Part shown: positions 22,469-33,687 of the stretch, one piece after another
How positions within the stretch are numbered: position 1 is the stretch's first letter
Layout of the letters: each line of letters opens with the position of its first letter
Source: Squalus acanthias
Lineage: Eukaryota
Assembly (NCBI GenBank): GCA_030390025.1
Contig: JASTWF010000244.1
Span: forward strand, 682,001-715,687
Direction: 5' to 3'
DNA: 33,687 nucleotides
Position numbers and translations under genes: made by a program
The notes under the pieces: model-generated
Databases searched by the model: none
Told to the model about the DNA's origin: nothing
Seen by the model: only the letters and a program-made list of their open reading frames with translations

Positions 22469-23226
22469 GGGGGAGAAATTCGGCTGCTTTGCACCTCCCG
22501 TTAGCAGCGGGGGCGGGGGGGGGGGGGGCGGTAACGGGGCGCTAAGGGGTTAGCGATTGGGCGCAGCGAATTCTGCGATGCCCTCAAACTTCCCTGCCGG
22601 TTTAGTGCCTCGCCCTCTCGCACCTCACAGATCGTGATGTCATAAAGTGCGCAGCGCCCCGTAATGCCCCAGATGTGAAATTGCCTCCCGCCCCCTGCTG
22701 TATCGCCAGGCGTGAACAACAGCAGGAAGAAGAGGTGTTGTCACCTCGGCTGGCCGCTTGGGGAGCGCTAATTAAAGGCAGTGGTTTTCAGGTAGGCCGA
22801 ACTTTATTCTTTGCACCAGTCTCTGCCTGCTGAAAGTTTTTGATGCTTTATTGCAGCGAGATGTCCAAGCTCTCCACTCTCAGAGTGTTTGGGGCTGTAA
22901 TGGCAGTCGCGCAGGTCGCCTGGCAACGCAGAACTGAGCAGAGGTATGTTGTGTACCATCATTGGCCCTTCCCTTTAAGCGAGAGAAGCAGCCTCAGATG
23001 CCGGTATCTTTGCACTCCACATTGTTCAGCGTTCTGCCGCTACCGCCCCTTCCTCGCACTTTAGCGCCCTAAGAGAAGTGGTTAGCACTTGATTTAGCGC
23101 TCCACTTCCCTCTTGGAGCGCTAAAACTCGATTTCCCAGGACCAGAAAATGATTATCGTCTGGCGATACTTTTCCGAGATTTCAAAAGTTATTGCCCCAA
23201 ACGGGGTGCTATGGAATTTCTAGCCC
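22469..23226. mobile_element. Harbinger-type MITE (family A, copy 2)
   Basis: TIRs GGGGGAGAAATT / AATTTCTAGCCC with flanks TTA/TTT. Same length class and subterminal sequence as 5890-6640. Confidence 0.78.
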
Positions 23227-24515
23227 TTTGTTTTTACTTTCACTATTATTCCTAATCTTTGTAATCAAATAAGACTTTTGGCAAACTGACCAGAATCATC
23301 TTGGAGGTGCCATGAACATGGACAAGTGTAAAATGAAATTCACATTGTATTAAATTTTTAGTTTTGTGTCTTTTCTACCTTTATTCACCCAAGGCAACTC
23401 TTCATGCTTCTCATCAGCATGTTTCTAGCTACCTTTGCTCTCCTCATTTCTTCCTGAATGTTCCTTTATTGCAAGTGCTGATCTATAATGTGCCTCCAAC
23501 ACTGAACGGGTTTAAATTCATCTCTCTCCCACCACTTTTCCCGACCTTCTTTTGCTTCTCCTGTTGTTTTCTGATGACATTCCTTTTGATCAGTCTCCAT
23601 TACCCCTTTACTTACACCCTGAAAGGTAGCCTGCCCAACCTTCTTTTGCTGACACCTTAGACCTGAAACAACCTGGAAGCATTTAAGTAATGTCACAATC
23701 ACACTGCAATAAGAAAACTAGGAGCGAATTGCTCCAAAGTTCATTCCAGAACCAACATATACTGCCACCACCAAACTGCAATCTAAAGCTGTTGGAGATT
23801 GTTTATTTCATTACACGGAAATAAAACATCAAAAACTGAGTTTATTGCAACACTAACATTGGTGTGTGAATGCAGCTTCAAACTCAAAATGATTGTTCGA
23901 GCTCAACAGCCAGCTTCACATAGCTTACTCTGGCAAAGGGCAGCAGCGGAGACACCATTTAAAGCCCACCACACACGTACTCTGTTTTATTTCATCATAC
24001 AAAAAGTGAAACATTATGTTTTATTTTCCCAGCACTTAAGAAGATTTAAAAAATTAAAAATGAAATCATTTAAAAAGGATAAATAGCAGATAGGATTCCA
24101 GGTGTAACTCTGCCTTAAAAAAAATCAGGTGTATTCTCGACCAGCTGGTCTTACACCTGATTATTTAACTGACAGTAGCAGAGACGCTGTTATTTGCAAT
24201 ATGAAATTAAATATATGTCATGGTAAATATCCTTTCTGCAAGGCTCATAGTAACGGCAAGCTTACAAATAATGAATGTACTTAAATAATTACACATAATC
24301 AACAGTTTAGAAGCTGCACCTATTAAAATTCTGCTAATGTTGATTTGTAACTTTTCTATGCAATAGTGAGCAGACTTTGCTATTAAACAGGTTATCCTTA
24401 CATTTGTAAATGTTGACTGTAACAGAAGCAAAATCTCTCAAAACATTTTTGTTATCCACCTGCATTTTGTCATCGTACAAAAACTAAAAGAGAACTTAGA
24501 TCAGTAATACTTTAC

Positions 24516-24564
24516 CTGATGTTGAAATAAATGAAACAATACTGCAAAAAGTCAAAATGTTCAT
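24516..24564 (-). CDS. NCR3LG1: B7-H6/NCR3LG1-like gene, signal-peptide exon MNILTFCSIVSFISTS(D)
   Basis: ATG with A at -3, a hydrophobic 16-codon leader and phase-1 donor TCAG|gtaaag, in frame with the V exon. Confidence 0.75.
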
Positions 24565-24782
24565 TCTTGTTTTGAGAACTGCGAGCTCCTAAAGCATTCT
24601 CCAAGAACGATATCCATCGACAGGTGCGGCGTTTATTGCAGAACAAACTCAGTCTTTTACTTTCATTATTAAACAACCTTTGTCTGGTTGATTAGCAAGA
24701 GAGAGCAAATAAAATAGAACTTTTGTTACCCGGGACAAAGTTCAAGCACAACAGTTTAATTATTCACTAATATTTAAAGGTG

Positions 24783-25906
24783 TGAAGGGATAATTACTAG
24801 TCCTAGCCCCTTTAGGGCTACCCCAGATCAGGCATATTCCTCAGACGTTCACTTTCAACTAAAGTTTGAGGTAGCCGAATCCTAAAGACGCTTAATTGGG
24901 TCTAAAGGTCCGGACTATCTCTCCCTAAAGGAAAGGAACAACCTGAAAATGTTACCATCCTCCAGATAGCACTTTTAATAAGTTTAGCTAGACTGTAACG
25001 TTCCGGATATTATGAGGGTCCGGAATACTCCCCTAGAATTCTGCAACTCCTCACCAAAGAGTGTACAGAGATTGAGTTTGCGAGTTTGATGTGAGACAAT
25101 TCTAAAAATATATAGATTTATTAAAGAACCGACATGTAATTTACAGTTGGTGAGTCAATCGCAACATTAACAGTTCCAAAAAGAGAAAGCTTACAATCCT
25201 ATTATCAGAGAACCTTACTCTCAAATCTTAACTTCGCTTACAGTTTTACAGTTCTTAGTTTTCTACAGGATATCCACCAAAATCAAATACCTTTGATCCC
25301 GAGGTACAAAGAGTTGGAGACTTACAGAGCCATCTCTGAAGCTGAGAATTGCTTTGCCCCTTAAAGGGAGTCTACTATCCCATTTGAGAGTTCAATATTT
25401 ATACCCTTTTCCAGTGGTATTTCCTTTAAGGTTTTCTGCTGATGTAAGCTAATTATCTCTAGTCATTTTTCTGCTGACCCCTGAAATTCTTACAGTCACC
25501 TCAGTTGCTAGCATTACAGAATTATGTCTCTTCTCTAGGTGTTCTATGTTTACCATAAAAAAGTGTAACGGCAGGTGTGTTTTACTTGATGTCATTTTTA
25601 CGAAGGCAGATGTTTCTTACTTTTATGTGCTTCTTTACAAAGTGTAAATTCGAACACCTTGTACAGGGTGAACCATTGTTTTGTTCCCAAAGGTCAGCCT
25701 GTCGGGAGAACTTTAACCTTCTGTTTCAATAAGGTTATTGATTCAGTGTCAACAACTATCTTACCTCTATAGCCAGAATGCTTTCACAGCTTTTTCATAG
25801 TTAGGTCTCTAGATTTCCAAACCCAGTTTGTCACGTTTTAATAAGGCCAGAATTATTTCATAGAATGGTGTATTTTTCTGAATAGGTTATATGGCTTATT
25901 CCTTCA
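24783..25906 (-). mobile_element. Solo LTR (~1.1 kb), ERV- or Gypsy-like
   Basis: Inverted termini TGAAGGGATAA / TTATTCCTTCA with flanks AAGGTG/CAGGTG. Minus-strand TATAAATA (25396-25403) lies upstream of AATAAA (25117-25122). Confidence 0.7.
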
Positions 25907-27515
25907 CAGGTGCAGCGTTTCAATTAAAGATTGTCAATGAGAACATTTTTCTAAACACATATTGCATCAAAAATATATGCCATCACATCACTCACACCTC
26001 ATACCATTTTGCTGTTCATAAATGTCACTTTTATCATTAATATAAGCGGGAGAATTCTCAACTTTGCCGCCTGGATGGCAATCTGTCAGAGCAAATTGCC
26101 TGCCCGTGTGGAAATGGCCCGATTTTTATTCCAAACAGGCAGGTGAGCCACTTGGCTAGTTTACCATTTTTACCTGAGTGCCAGCTAGCCAGAGTGCAAA
26201 ACCAGGAAACTCGCCTCGGCGGTGCCGCTGGCTGACAGGCGCTGGTATGCAAATGAGCACAGCGGGCACTTGGGAAGCGGATCATGGGTAAAGCCAGTCA
26301 GATCATGGAAACTTGGGAGGAGCAGTTTAAAGGCGCACAAACAGTGGAAATCGCTTCCACTTGAGTTTACTCATTTGGTGAACCGATTCTACCCTGTTCG
26401 AGCACCGGACGTACAGCGGAAACGGCGAGGAAATTCATCCCCGGACAGATGTTCACACATTCTGATATAACCAAGTATTCCTAATTAACACACCAGCCTG
26501 AGCTGGTTTTGCCAACACTGAAGAACAGGAATAAAAGGCTGATCAATGTTTATGCTTCTTCAGTAAGATAGACTAATAATACCGTGGAAGAGCACAGTTA
26601 TTAAAAAGGGAGTGAGGGAATGAGGAATAGGGAGAGAGGAGGAGAAAAAAAGAGACAAATGGGGAGAGAGAGAGAGGCCACTTTAAGCACTGACCAAAGA
26701 GTAGGGGAGACATAGAGGAAGAACAAAAGGAAACAAGTGCTGAATCTTAAGCTGGTCAATGCTCGGCAGCCATGTAGGCTGTAAATGGGTGTCTTCTAGT
26801 CACATGGAGCAGTAGTTCTGCCAAAGGTCACAGATAGAGACAGCTGAGATAGGCTGTAAATGGGACTTAATCTGTTGTTATGGATGAACAGTATATATAT
26901 ATATGTTTTTACTCTTTGCAATAAAGAGACACTTGTGGAATACAATTTTTTTTAATATAATTCTTTTTCACATGAACAGAAGTCCACAATATTTTAGACA
27001 GTACTATGCAGGGACCTAGTCATTTTTTAAATCCTATTTTGACAGTCATACGTTATTAGATTCTCATCTGAGCCTCTCAAGCAATCATCTCGTTAATTTT
27101 ATTCTTTGTAAGACGCTTCTAGTTTCATTATTATGCAGCATTGACCCATGTGCAGTAATTTCTACAAATGTTGTATAATAATTTCTGCAAATCCTGTAAA
27201 ATACTTACCAAACCTTTGGATCTTACTTGTATAGGTCATGGCCATACAAATCGCAAAGAACCCTAGATCATACACCGCCCTCCCCTAATACACAAGTTCC
27301 CTATTACCATTCAGTGTTACACATTTACTAGCATTCAGTTAGCACCAATTCCACAATTTCTTAGCTTGCTATCAGTGCCATTCTATACAGAGTTCCTCAT
27401 TCGAGGTTGTCGGTTCCACAGATTTCTACCTCTGGAATGGGATTCAGACCAATCATTTCTTTTTCACCTATTGAACTGAGGCCAAACACCTCAAACATAA
27501 AATGAGCACATATTA

Positions 27516-27846
27516 CATAGAATTATATAGAATATACAGCATAGAAACAGGCCATTCGGCCCAACTAGTCTGTGCTGGTGTTTATGCTCCACCTGAGTCT
27601 GCTCCCATTCTATCTACCTCATCTCAGCCTTTCAGCATATCTTTCTGTTCTCTTTCTCTCATGTAATCGTCTAGTCTCCTTTTGAAAGCATCCAAGCTAT
27701 TTGCCTCAACCACTTGCTGTGGTAGCAAGTTCCACATTCTAACCACTCTCTGAGTAAAGACATTTCTCCATTTTTCCCTATTGGATTTATTAGTAACTAT
27801 CTTGTATTTATGGCCCCTAGTTTTGGATTCTCTCACAAGTGGAAAA
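27516..27846 (-). mobile_element. CR1 LINE 3' end fragment
   Basis: ORF 27624-27836 (TRGHKYK...FTQRVVRMWNLLP...FKRRLD) plus 3' UTR and tail. Confidence 0.85.
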
Positions 27847-27848
27847 TA

Positions 27849-28447
27849 GGCCTGGATTTTAGTTCGGCGGTGCAGTTTTTAACTGCAGTACGCCTTTAAA
27901 TATTTTTCTGTAGGTTCCCCGCCTACAGCCAGCCTGATTGACAGGCTAGAGGCCTGTTGGGCGGGAACTCCTGCAGCAAAAGGCCGCAGCCGAGCTGGCC
28001 TGAGAGCAGGTAGATCTAGTGGGGGGGTGGGATAGATCGCGGGGGGGGGGGGTGGGGGGGGAGCGGCACAGGGGTCCGATCACGGGGCTGTTGCTTGTTC
28101 TGGTCACACAGGTCCCAGCTCTCCTGTAGAGGGCACCGCGCTATATCAGACTCCCGATGACTGTAAATTGCCACTCAAAAGCCCAAAAATGTCTGTGGGC
28201 AGCAGTATATATGTAAATATATTCAAGAAGGAGTTGGATATATTTCTTAAGGCTAAGGAGATCAAGGGATATGGGGAGAAAGCAGGGACAGGGTTCTGAA
28301 TTTGGATGATCAGCCATGATCGCATTGAATGGCGGAGCAGGCTAGAGGGGCCGAATGGCCTACTCCTGCTCCTATCTTCTATGTTTCTATGTAAGCGTAA
28401 TGAACAGCGAGCGCCATTCCTTCGCTGCTGACCGCAAAATCCGGGAC
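27849..28447. mobile_element. Degenerate Harbinger-type MITE carrying a CR1 3' insertion
   Basis: Termini GGCCTGGATTTT / AAAATCCGGGAC with a GC-rich interior. Confidence 0.5.
28213..28392 (+). mobile_element. Short CR1 3' end (or CR1-dependent SINE tail)
   Basis: IFKKELDIFL-type ORF2 end, 3' UTR matching 12050-12140 and a (TTCTATGT)n tail. Confidence 0.85.
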
Positions 28448-28744
28448 ATTGTATTTTCCTTCTCTTTCTTATCTGCTTTTCTCTATCTTTCTTAGTCTCC
28501 TTTTTTGGTATTTCTGAATAGCCTCTCATAAGTAAGAGCTAACAGTATTTTGGGATGTATCAGCACAGTGCCATATCTGAAAAAGATGGTCTTCCTCTAG
28601 TGTGAGCACCCCCCACCACCACTCCCCCCCCTCCCCTCCCCCGGCTAAAGATGGGGGGTTTGCGGCCTGTGGTACACAATACTTCATACTTCACACTTCT
28701 GATTGTTTACTACAAAGTTGCGAAAATATGTTAATTTCCCTTAA

Positions 28745-29227
28745 AGTCCCGTTTGTCCATCACCCCTGTCCTCGCTGACCTACATTGGCTCCCGGTTAAG
28801 CAGCGTCTCGATTTCAAAATTATCATCCTTGTTTTCAAATCCCTCCATGGCCTCGGCCCTCCCTATCTCTGTAATCTCGTTCAGCCCAACAACCCCCCCC
28901 ACCCCGAGATATCTGCGCTCCTCTAATTCTGCCGTCTTGAGCATCCCTGATTATAATCGCTCAACCTTTGGTGGCCGTGCCTTCTGTTGCCTAGGCCCTC
29001 AGCTCTGGAATTCCCTGCCTAAACCTGTCCGCCTCGCTACCTCTCTTTCCTACTTTAAGACGCTCCTTAAAACCTACCTCTTTGACCAAGCTTTTGGTCA
29101 CCTGCCCTAATTTATCCTTATGTGATTCGGTGTCAATTTATTTTTGTCTTAAAATACTCTTGTGCCGCGACTTGGGACGTTTTACTACGTTAAAGGCGCT
29201 ATATAAATACAAGTTGTTGTTGTTGTT
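28745..29227 (+). mobile_element. L2-type LINE 3' fragment
   Basis: ITPVLADLHWLPV...GGRAF...LWNSLP...FKTLLKTYLF; ends GGCGCTATATAAATACAAG(TTG)n. Confidence 0.88.
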
Positions 29228-30639
29228 AAAACAAAACATCACTAAAACTTGTCATTCTACAGTGCAGGATAACCACCACAAGACATGTTCTTATGGCAAG
29301 TTCAGCAACAATTTCAAGTGATATGGACTCCAAGAATAAACAGAATACATTATAAAATGATTATTCATCAATATGCAAATGTGGAGCAATTACAATTCCA
29401 TCAGTAACAAAACTGCATTCAGGTTAGTTACAAAATATTTACATATTTCACAAATAAATTACAATAAAACATGCCTTTATATCCTAACATAGACAAAAAG
29501 TATAAAACAAAATGGTAGAACAAATATGGGTTATGGAGTTGCGCAAAATTTTAGATTTAAATAAATCTGAAATAAACCAAATGCCTAAAAATTTATAATT
29601 TGTTTTCCATTGTAATGTACAAAGAAAAATAAAATTTAATTCTAAAAATGTTTTATTCCACACAAGCGTGCAACATTGACCAAGCACTGAATCTACAGAA
29701 TTGTAGACTGATGAGAAGCTATTATTAACCACTAGTCTGCTGATGGGTCAAATCATCAAGGTGCAAAAATGTTGCCATAGCCTCGATTCTTCAGTATTAA
29801 TAATCAATGAAAGTGAATGTTATATAACTGTCTAACTAATCAGATTTGCAACATAGGATTGTTCCTGGCAGCATTAGTGCAAGGCCGGAATGGTGTTCAA
29901 AGGGTTAATCCCTTGTCCTCAAAACAAAAATCTGCAACTGCTTGTGAGGAAAAAACACTCCCAATGATAGTAAACTTGTCTCTATTTTGCAGCTAAATGG
30001 AACAATATTTTGGAAAACAATTCTAAATATGAGTGGGACGGGAAGACAAAATGAGCTCACTCTGGGTCCTGGATACAAATCTTAGCCAGACTAATGGGAT
30101 GACATTTTTTCTGTTGACTAGAAGAATTGAACATTAAATGATCCGAGGTGATCTTAACCCCAGTTGCTAATGATTTCAAGTCGACAGTAGAAAGTTGTCT
30201 ACATTTTGGTGCTAAACTGTCACTTTAACTGTCACAAGGAAAAGTAACTCTGGTGCATTAAGCGGTGTTGTTCGGAGGCTGGGATCAGTGCACATTGTTG
30301 GGACACTGAAAGGAGCTGAAGTCTGCACCATTTTCCATGCTACACCAACACAAAGATGCTTGATTCAATAAATAGTGAAGACTATTAAAAAGATACTCCA
30401 TTTCCCATTTTCAACACTATTCTCAAAAACATAATTAAGTTATGGTTACTGTTAAACAAGTTTGTTTTTCCGTCCTCAACGCAAGTGTTATTAGTTGCTA
30501 TTAACAAAGACAGCAGCAGCTCCTACAGATCCAAACTGTTTGTTCTTCCAGCCTGTAACATCCAATTGTACTTTTCGGGAATCTAAAAGGATATTTTAAA
30601 ACATTCAGTCTAAATTTACAAAGTGATTATCAGCGCAAC

Positions 30640-30760
30640 CATTTTGAGTCCTTCTGCGCCCGCGCACCCGATCCCCTACTGCGCATGCGCGCTGTCGGCG
30701 AGGTCCGTCCGCGCATGCGCAGTATCCCACAGTTGCTGCGCGAGCCCAGGCATCAGCTCC
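30640..30760. promoter_or_regulatory. CpG-rich promoter-like patch with two NRF1 consensus sites
   Basis: TGCGCATGCGCG (30680-30691) and CGCGCATGCGCA (30710-30721) both match YGCGCAYGCGCR. Dense CpG in an AT-rich background that does not look repeat-derived. Confidence 0.65.
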
Positions 30761-33687
30761 GTGAGAGAGAGAGAGCGGGGAGAGAGAGAGAGAGAGGGAG
30801 GGGGGGAATGTGAAGAGAGAATCGGGGGAGAGAGAGAGAGAGGGGGGAGAGAGAGAGGGGGAGAAAGAATCGGGAGAGAGAGAGGGGGAATGGGGGAGAG
30901 AGAGGGGGAGAGAGAGAGTGGGGGAATCGGGGGAGAGAATCGGGGAGAGAGAGAATCGGGAGAGAGAGTGGAATTGGGGGAGAGAGACGGAATCGGGGAG
31001 AGAGAGTGGAATTGGGGGAGAGAGAGAATGGGGGGGAGAGAGTGGGAATCGGGGGAGAGAGAGAATGGGGGGGGAGAGAGTGGGAATCGGGGGAGAGAGA
31101 ATCGGGGAGAGAGGGGGGAATCGGAGAGAGAGTGAGAATCGGGGAGAGAGAGTGGGAATCGGGGGAGAGAGAATCGGGGGAGAGAGTGGGAATCAGGGGA
31201 GAGAGTGGGAATCGGGGGAGAGAGAGAATCGGGGAGCGAGAGGGGGAATCGGGAGAGAGAGTGGGAATTGGGGGAGAGAGAGAATCGGGGAGAGAGTGGG
31301 AATCGGGGAGAGAGGGAGAGAGAGTGGGAATCGGGGGGGGAGAGAGAATCGGGGAGAGAGAGGGAATCGGGGGAGAGAGAGAGAATGGGGAGAGAGGGGG
31401 AATCGGGGGAGAGAGAGAATGGGGAGAGAGAGGAAATCGGAGAGAGAGGGGGAATCAGGGGAGAGAGAGAGAATCGGGAGAGAGAGAATCGGGGGAGAGA
31501 GTGGGAATCGGGGAGAGAGTGGGAATGGGAGAGAGAGGGGGAATCGGGGGAGAGAGAGAATGGGGAGAGAGGGAATGGGGAGAGAGAGAATCGGGGAGAG
31601 AGAGTGGGAATCAGGTGAGAGAGAATCGGGGAGAGAGAGGAAATCGGGGAGAGAGAGGGGGAATCAGGGGAGAGAGAGAATCGGGGGAGAGTGGGAATCG
31701 GGGAGAGAGAGGGGGAATCAGGGGAGAGAGAGAATCGGGGAGAGAGAATCGGGGGAGAGAGAGGGGGAATCAGGGGAGAGAGAGAATCGGGAAGAGAGTG
31801 GGAATCGGGGGAGAGAGAATCGGGGAGAGAGGGGGAATCGGGAGAGAGAGTGAGAATCGGGGAGAGAGAGTGGGAATCGGGGGAGAGAGAATCGGGGGGA
31901 GAAAGTGGGAATCGGGGGAGAGTGGGAATCAGGGGAGAGAGTGGAATCGGGGAGAGAGAGAATCGGGAGCGAGAGGGGGAATTGGGGGAGAGAGAGAATC
32001 GGGGAGAGAGTGGGAATCGGGGAGAGAGGGAGAGAGAGTGGGAATCGGGGGGGAGAGAGAATCGGGGAGAGAGAGGGAATCGGGGGAGAGAGATAGAATG
32101 GGGAGAGAGAGAATGGGGAGAGAGAGTGGGAATCAGGGGAGAGAGAATCGGGGAGAGAGAGGAAATCGGGGAGAGAGAGGGGGAATCAGGGGAGAGAGAG
32201 AGAATCGGGGAGAGAGAGAATCGGGGGAGAGAGTGGGAATCGGGGAGAGAGTGGGAATGGGAGAGAGAGGGGGAATCGGGGGAGAGAGAGAATGGGGAGA
32301 GAGAGAATCGGGGAGAGAGAGTGGGAATCAGGTGAGAGAGAATCGGGGAGAGAGAGGAAATCGGGGAGAGAGAGGGGGAATCAGGGGAGAGAGAGAATCG
32401 GGGGAGTGGGGGAATCGGGGAGAGAGAGGGGGAATCAGGGGAGAGAGAGAATCGGGGAGAGAGTGGGAATCGGGGAGAGAGAGTGGGAATCGGGGAGAGA
32501 GAGGGGGAATCGGGAGAGAGAGAATCGGGAAGAGAGTGGGAATCGGGGGAGAGAGAATCGGGGAGAGAGGGGGAATCAGGGGGGAGAGTGGGAATCGGGG
32601 GAGAGAATCGGTGAGAGAAAGTCGGGGAGAGAGGGGGAATCGAGGGAGAGAGAGTGGGGGAATCGGGTGAGAGAGAGAATCGGGGAGAGAGGGGGAATCG
32701 GGGGAGAGAGAGAATCGGGGAGAGAGGGAGAGAGTGGGAATCGAGGGAGAGAGAGTGGGAATTGGGGGAGAGGGGGAATCGGGGGAGAGAGAGGGAATCG
32801 GGGGAGAGAGAGTGGGGGAAGAGAGAGAGGGAATCGGGGGAGAGAGTGGGGGAATCGGAGGAGAGAGAGGGAATCGGGGGAGAGAGTGGGGGAATCGGAG
32901 GAGAGAGGGGGAATCGGGGGAGAGAGAGTGGGGGAATCGGAGGAGAGAGGGGGAATCGGGGGAGAGAGTGGGGGAATCGGAGGAGAGAGAGGGGAAATTG
33001 GGGAGAGAGTGGGGTATCGGAGGAGAGAGAGGGGGAATCGGAGGAGAGAGAGTGGGAATGGGGGAGAGATAGTGGGAATCGGGGGAGAGAGAATTGGGAA
33101 GAGTGGGAATCGGGGGAGAGAGAGAATCAGGGAGAGAGGGGGAATCGGGGGAGAGAGAGAATCGGGGAGAGAAAGAGGGGGCATCGGGGGAGAGAGGGAA
33201 TCGGGGGAGAGGGAATCGGGGGAGAGAGAGTGGGGGAATCGGAGGAGAGAGAGGGAATCGGGGGAGAGGGAGTGGGGGAATCGGGGAGAGAGAGTGGGGG
33301 AATCGGGGGAGAGAGAGGGGGGGAATCGGGGGAGAGAGTGGGGGAATCGGAGGAGAGAGTGGGGGAGAGAGGGGGAATTGGGGGGAGAGTGGGGGAATCG
33401 GAGGAGAGGGGGGAAATTGGGGAGAGAGAGTGGGAATCGGAGGAGAGAGAGTGGGGGAATTGGAGGAGAGAGAGTGGGGGAATCGGGGGAGAGAGGGGGA
33501 ATCGGGGGAGAGAGAGTGGGGGAATCTGAGGAGAGAGTGGGGGAATCGGAGGAGAGAGGGGGAATCGGGGGAGAGAGTGGGGGAATCGGAGGAGAGAGGG
33601 GAAATTGGGGAGAGAGTGGGGTATCGGAGGAGAGAGAGGGGGAATCGGGGGAGAGAGGGGGAATCGGGGGAAAGAGGGGGAATCGGT
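30761..33687 (+). repeat. Purine-rich satellite, ~18-23 bp degenerate unit (GGGAATCGGGGGAGAGAGA), running off the window end
   Basis: Directly visible; almost entirely G/A on the + strand apart from the ATC/GTG cores. Confidence 0.95.

Noticed and set aside
26047-26470. Possible additional decayed MITE (also 13850-14090 and 14928-15159)
   Set aside because: The composition is suggestive, but I could not define paired TIRs or TSDs.
30623-33529. Long Glu/Arg/Gly-rich ORFs (up to 554 aa)
   Set aside because: Artefacts of a stop-poor purine satellite, open in several frames at once.
30761-33687. Telomeric repeat
   Set aside because: No TTAGGG units.

Overview
Vertebrate genomic DNA, most likely from a cartilaginous fish (shark), judged from the CR1, L2, Deu-SINE and Harbinger-MITE repertoire. 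The only host protein-coding gene I can support is a minus-strand B7-family Ig-superfamily gene resembling NCR3LG1/B7-H6. Five exons can be reconstructed, all joined by phase-1 GT-AG introns: leader 24564-24516, IgV 14519-14184, IgC1 13062-12742, TM 10290-10189 and cytoplasmic 1450-1346. Its 3' end is unresolved. The introns are packed with nested transposons: a 3'-truncated CR1 holding a solo LTR and two MITEs; a young, nearly intact Gypsy element with CsRn1/Kabuki-type hallmarks inside a TIR element; a Penelope-like fragment with a minimal hammerhead ribozyme motif; and several SINE/LINE pieces. A short CpG-rich promoter-like patch with two NRF1 sites precedes a ~2.9 kb purine-rich satellite at the window end. 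I see no wholly new multi-gene system. The most interesting pattern is that several TEs may be rewiring this immune-ligand gene: a SINE duplicated a splice acceptor, a MITE carries an in-frame cassette exon, and a sense solo LTR sits just upstream of the ATG. All of these need transcript evidence.
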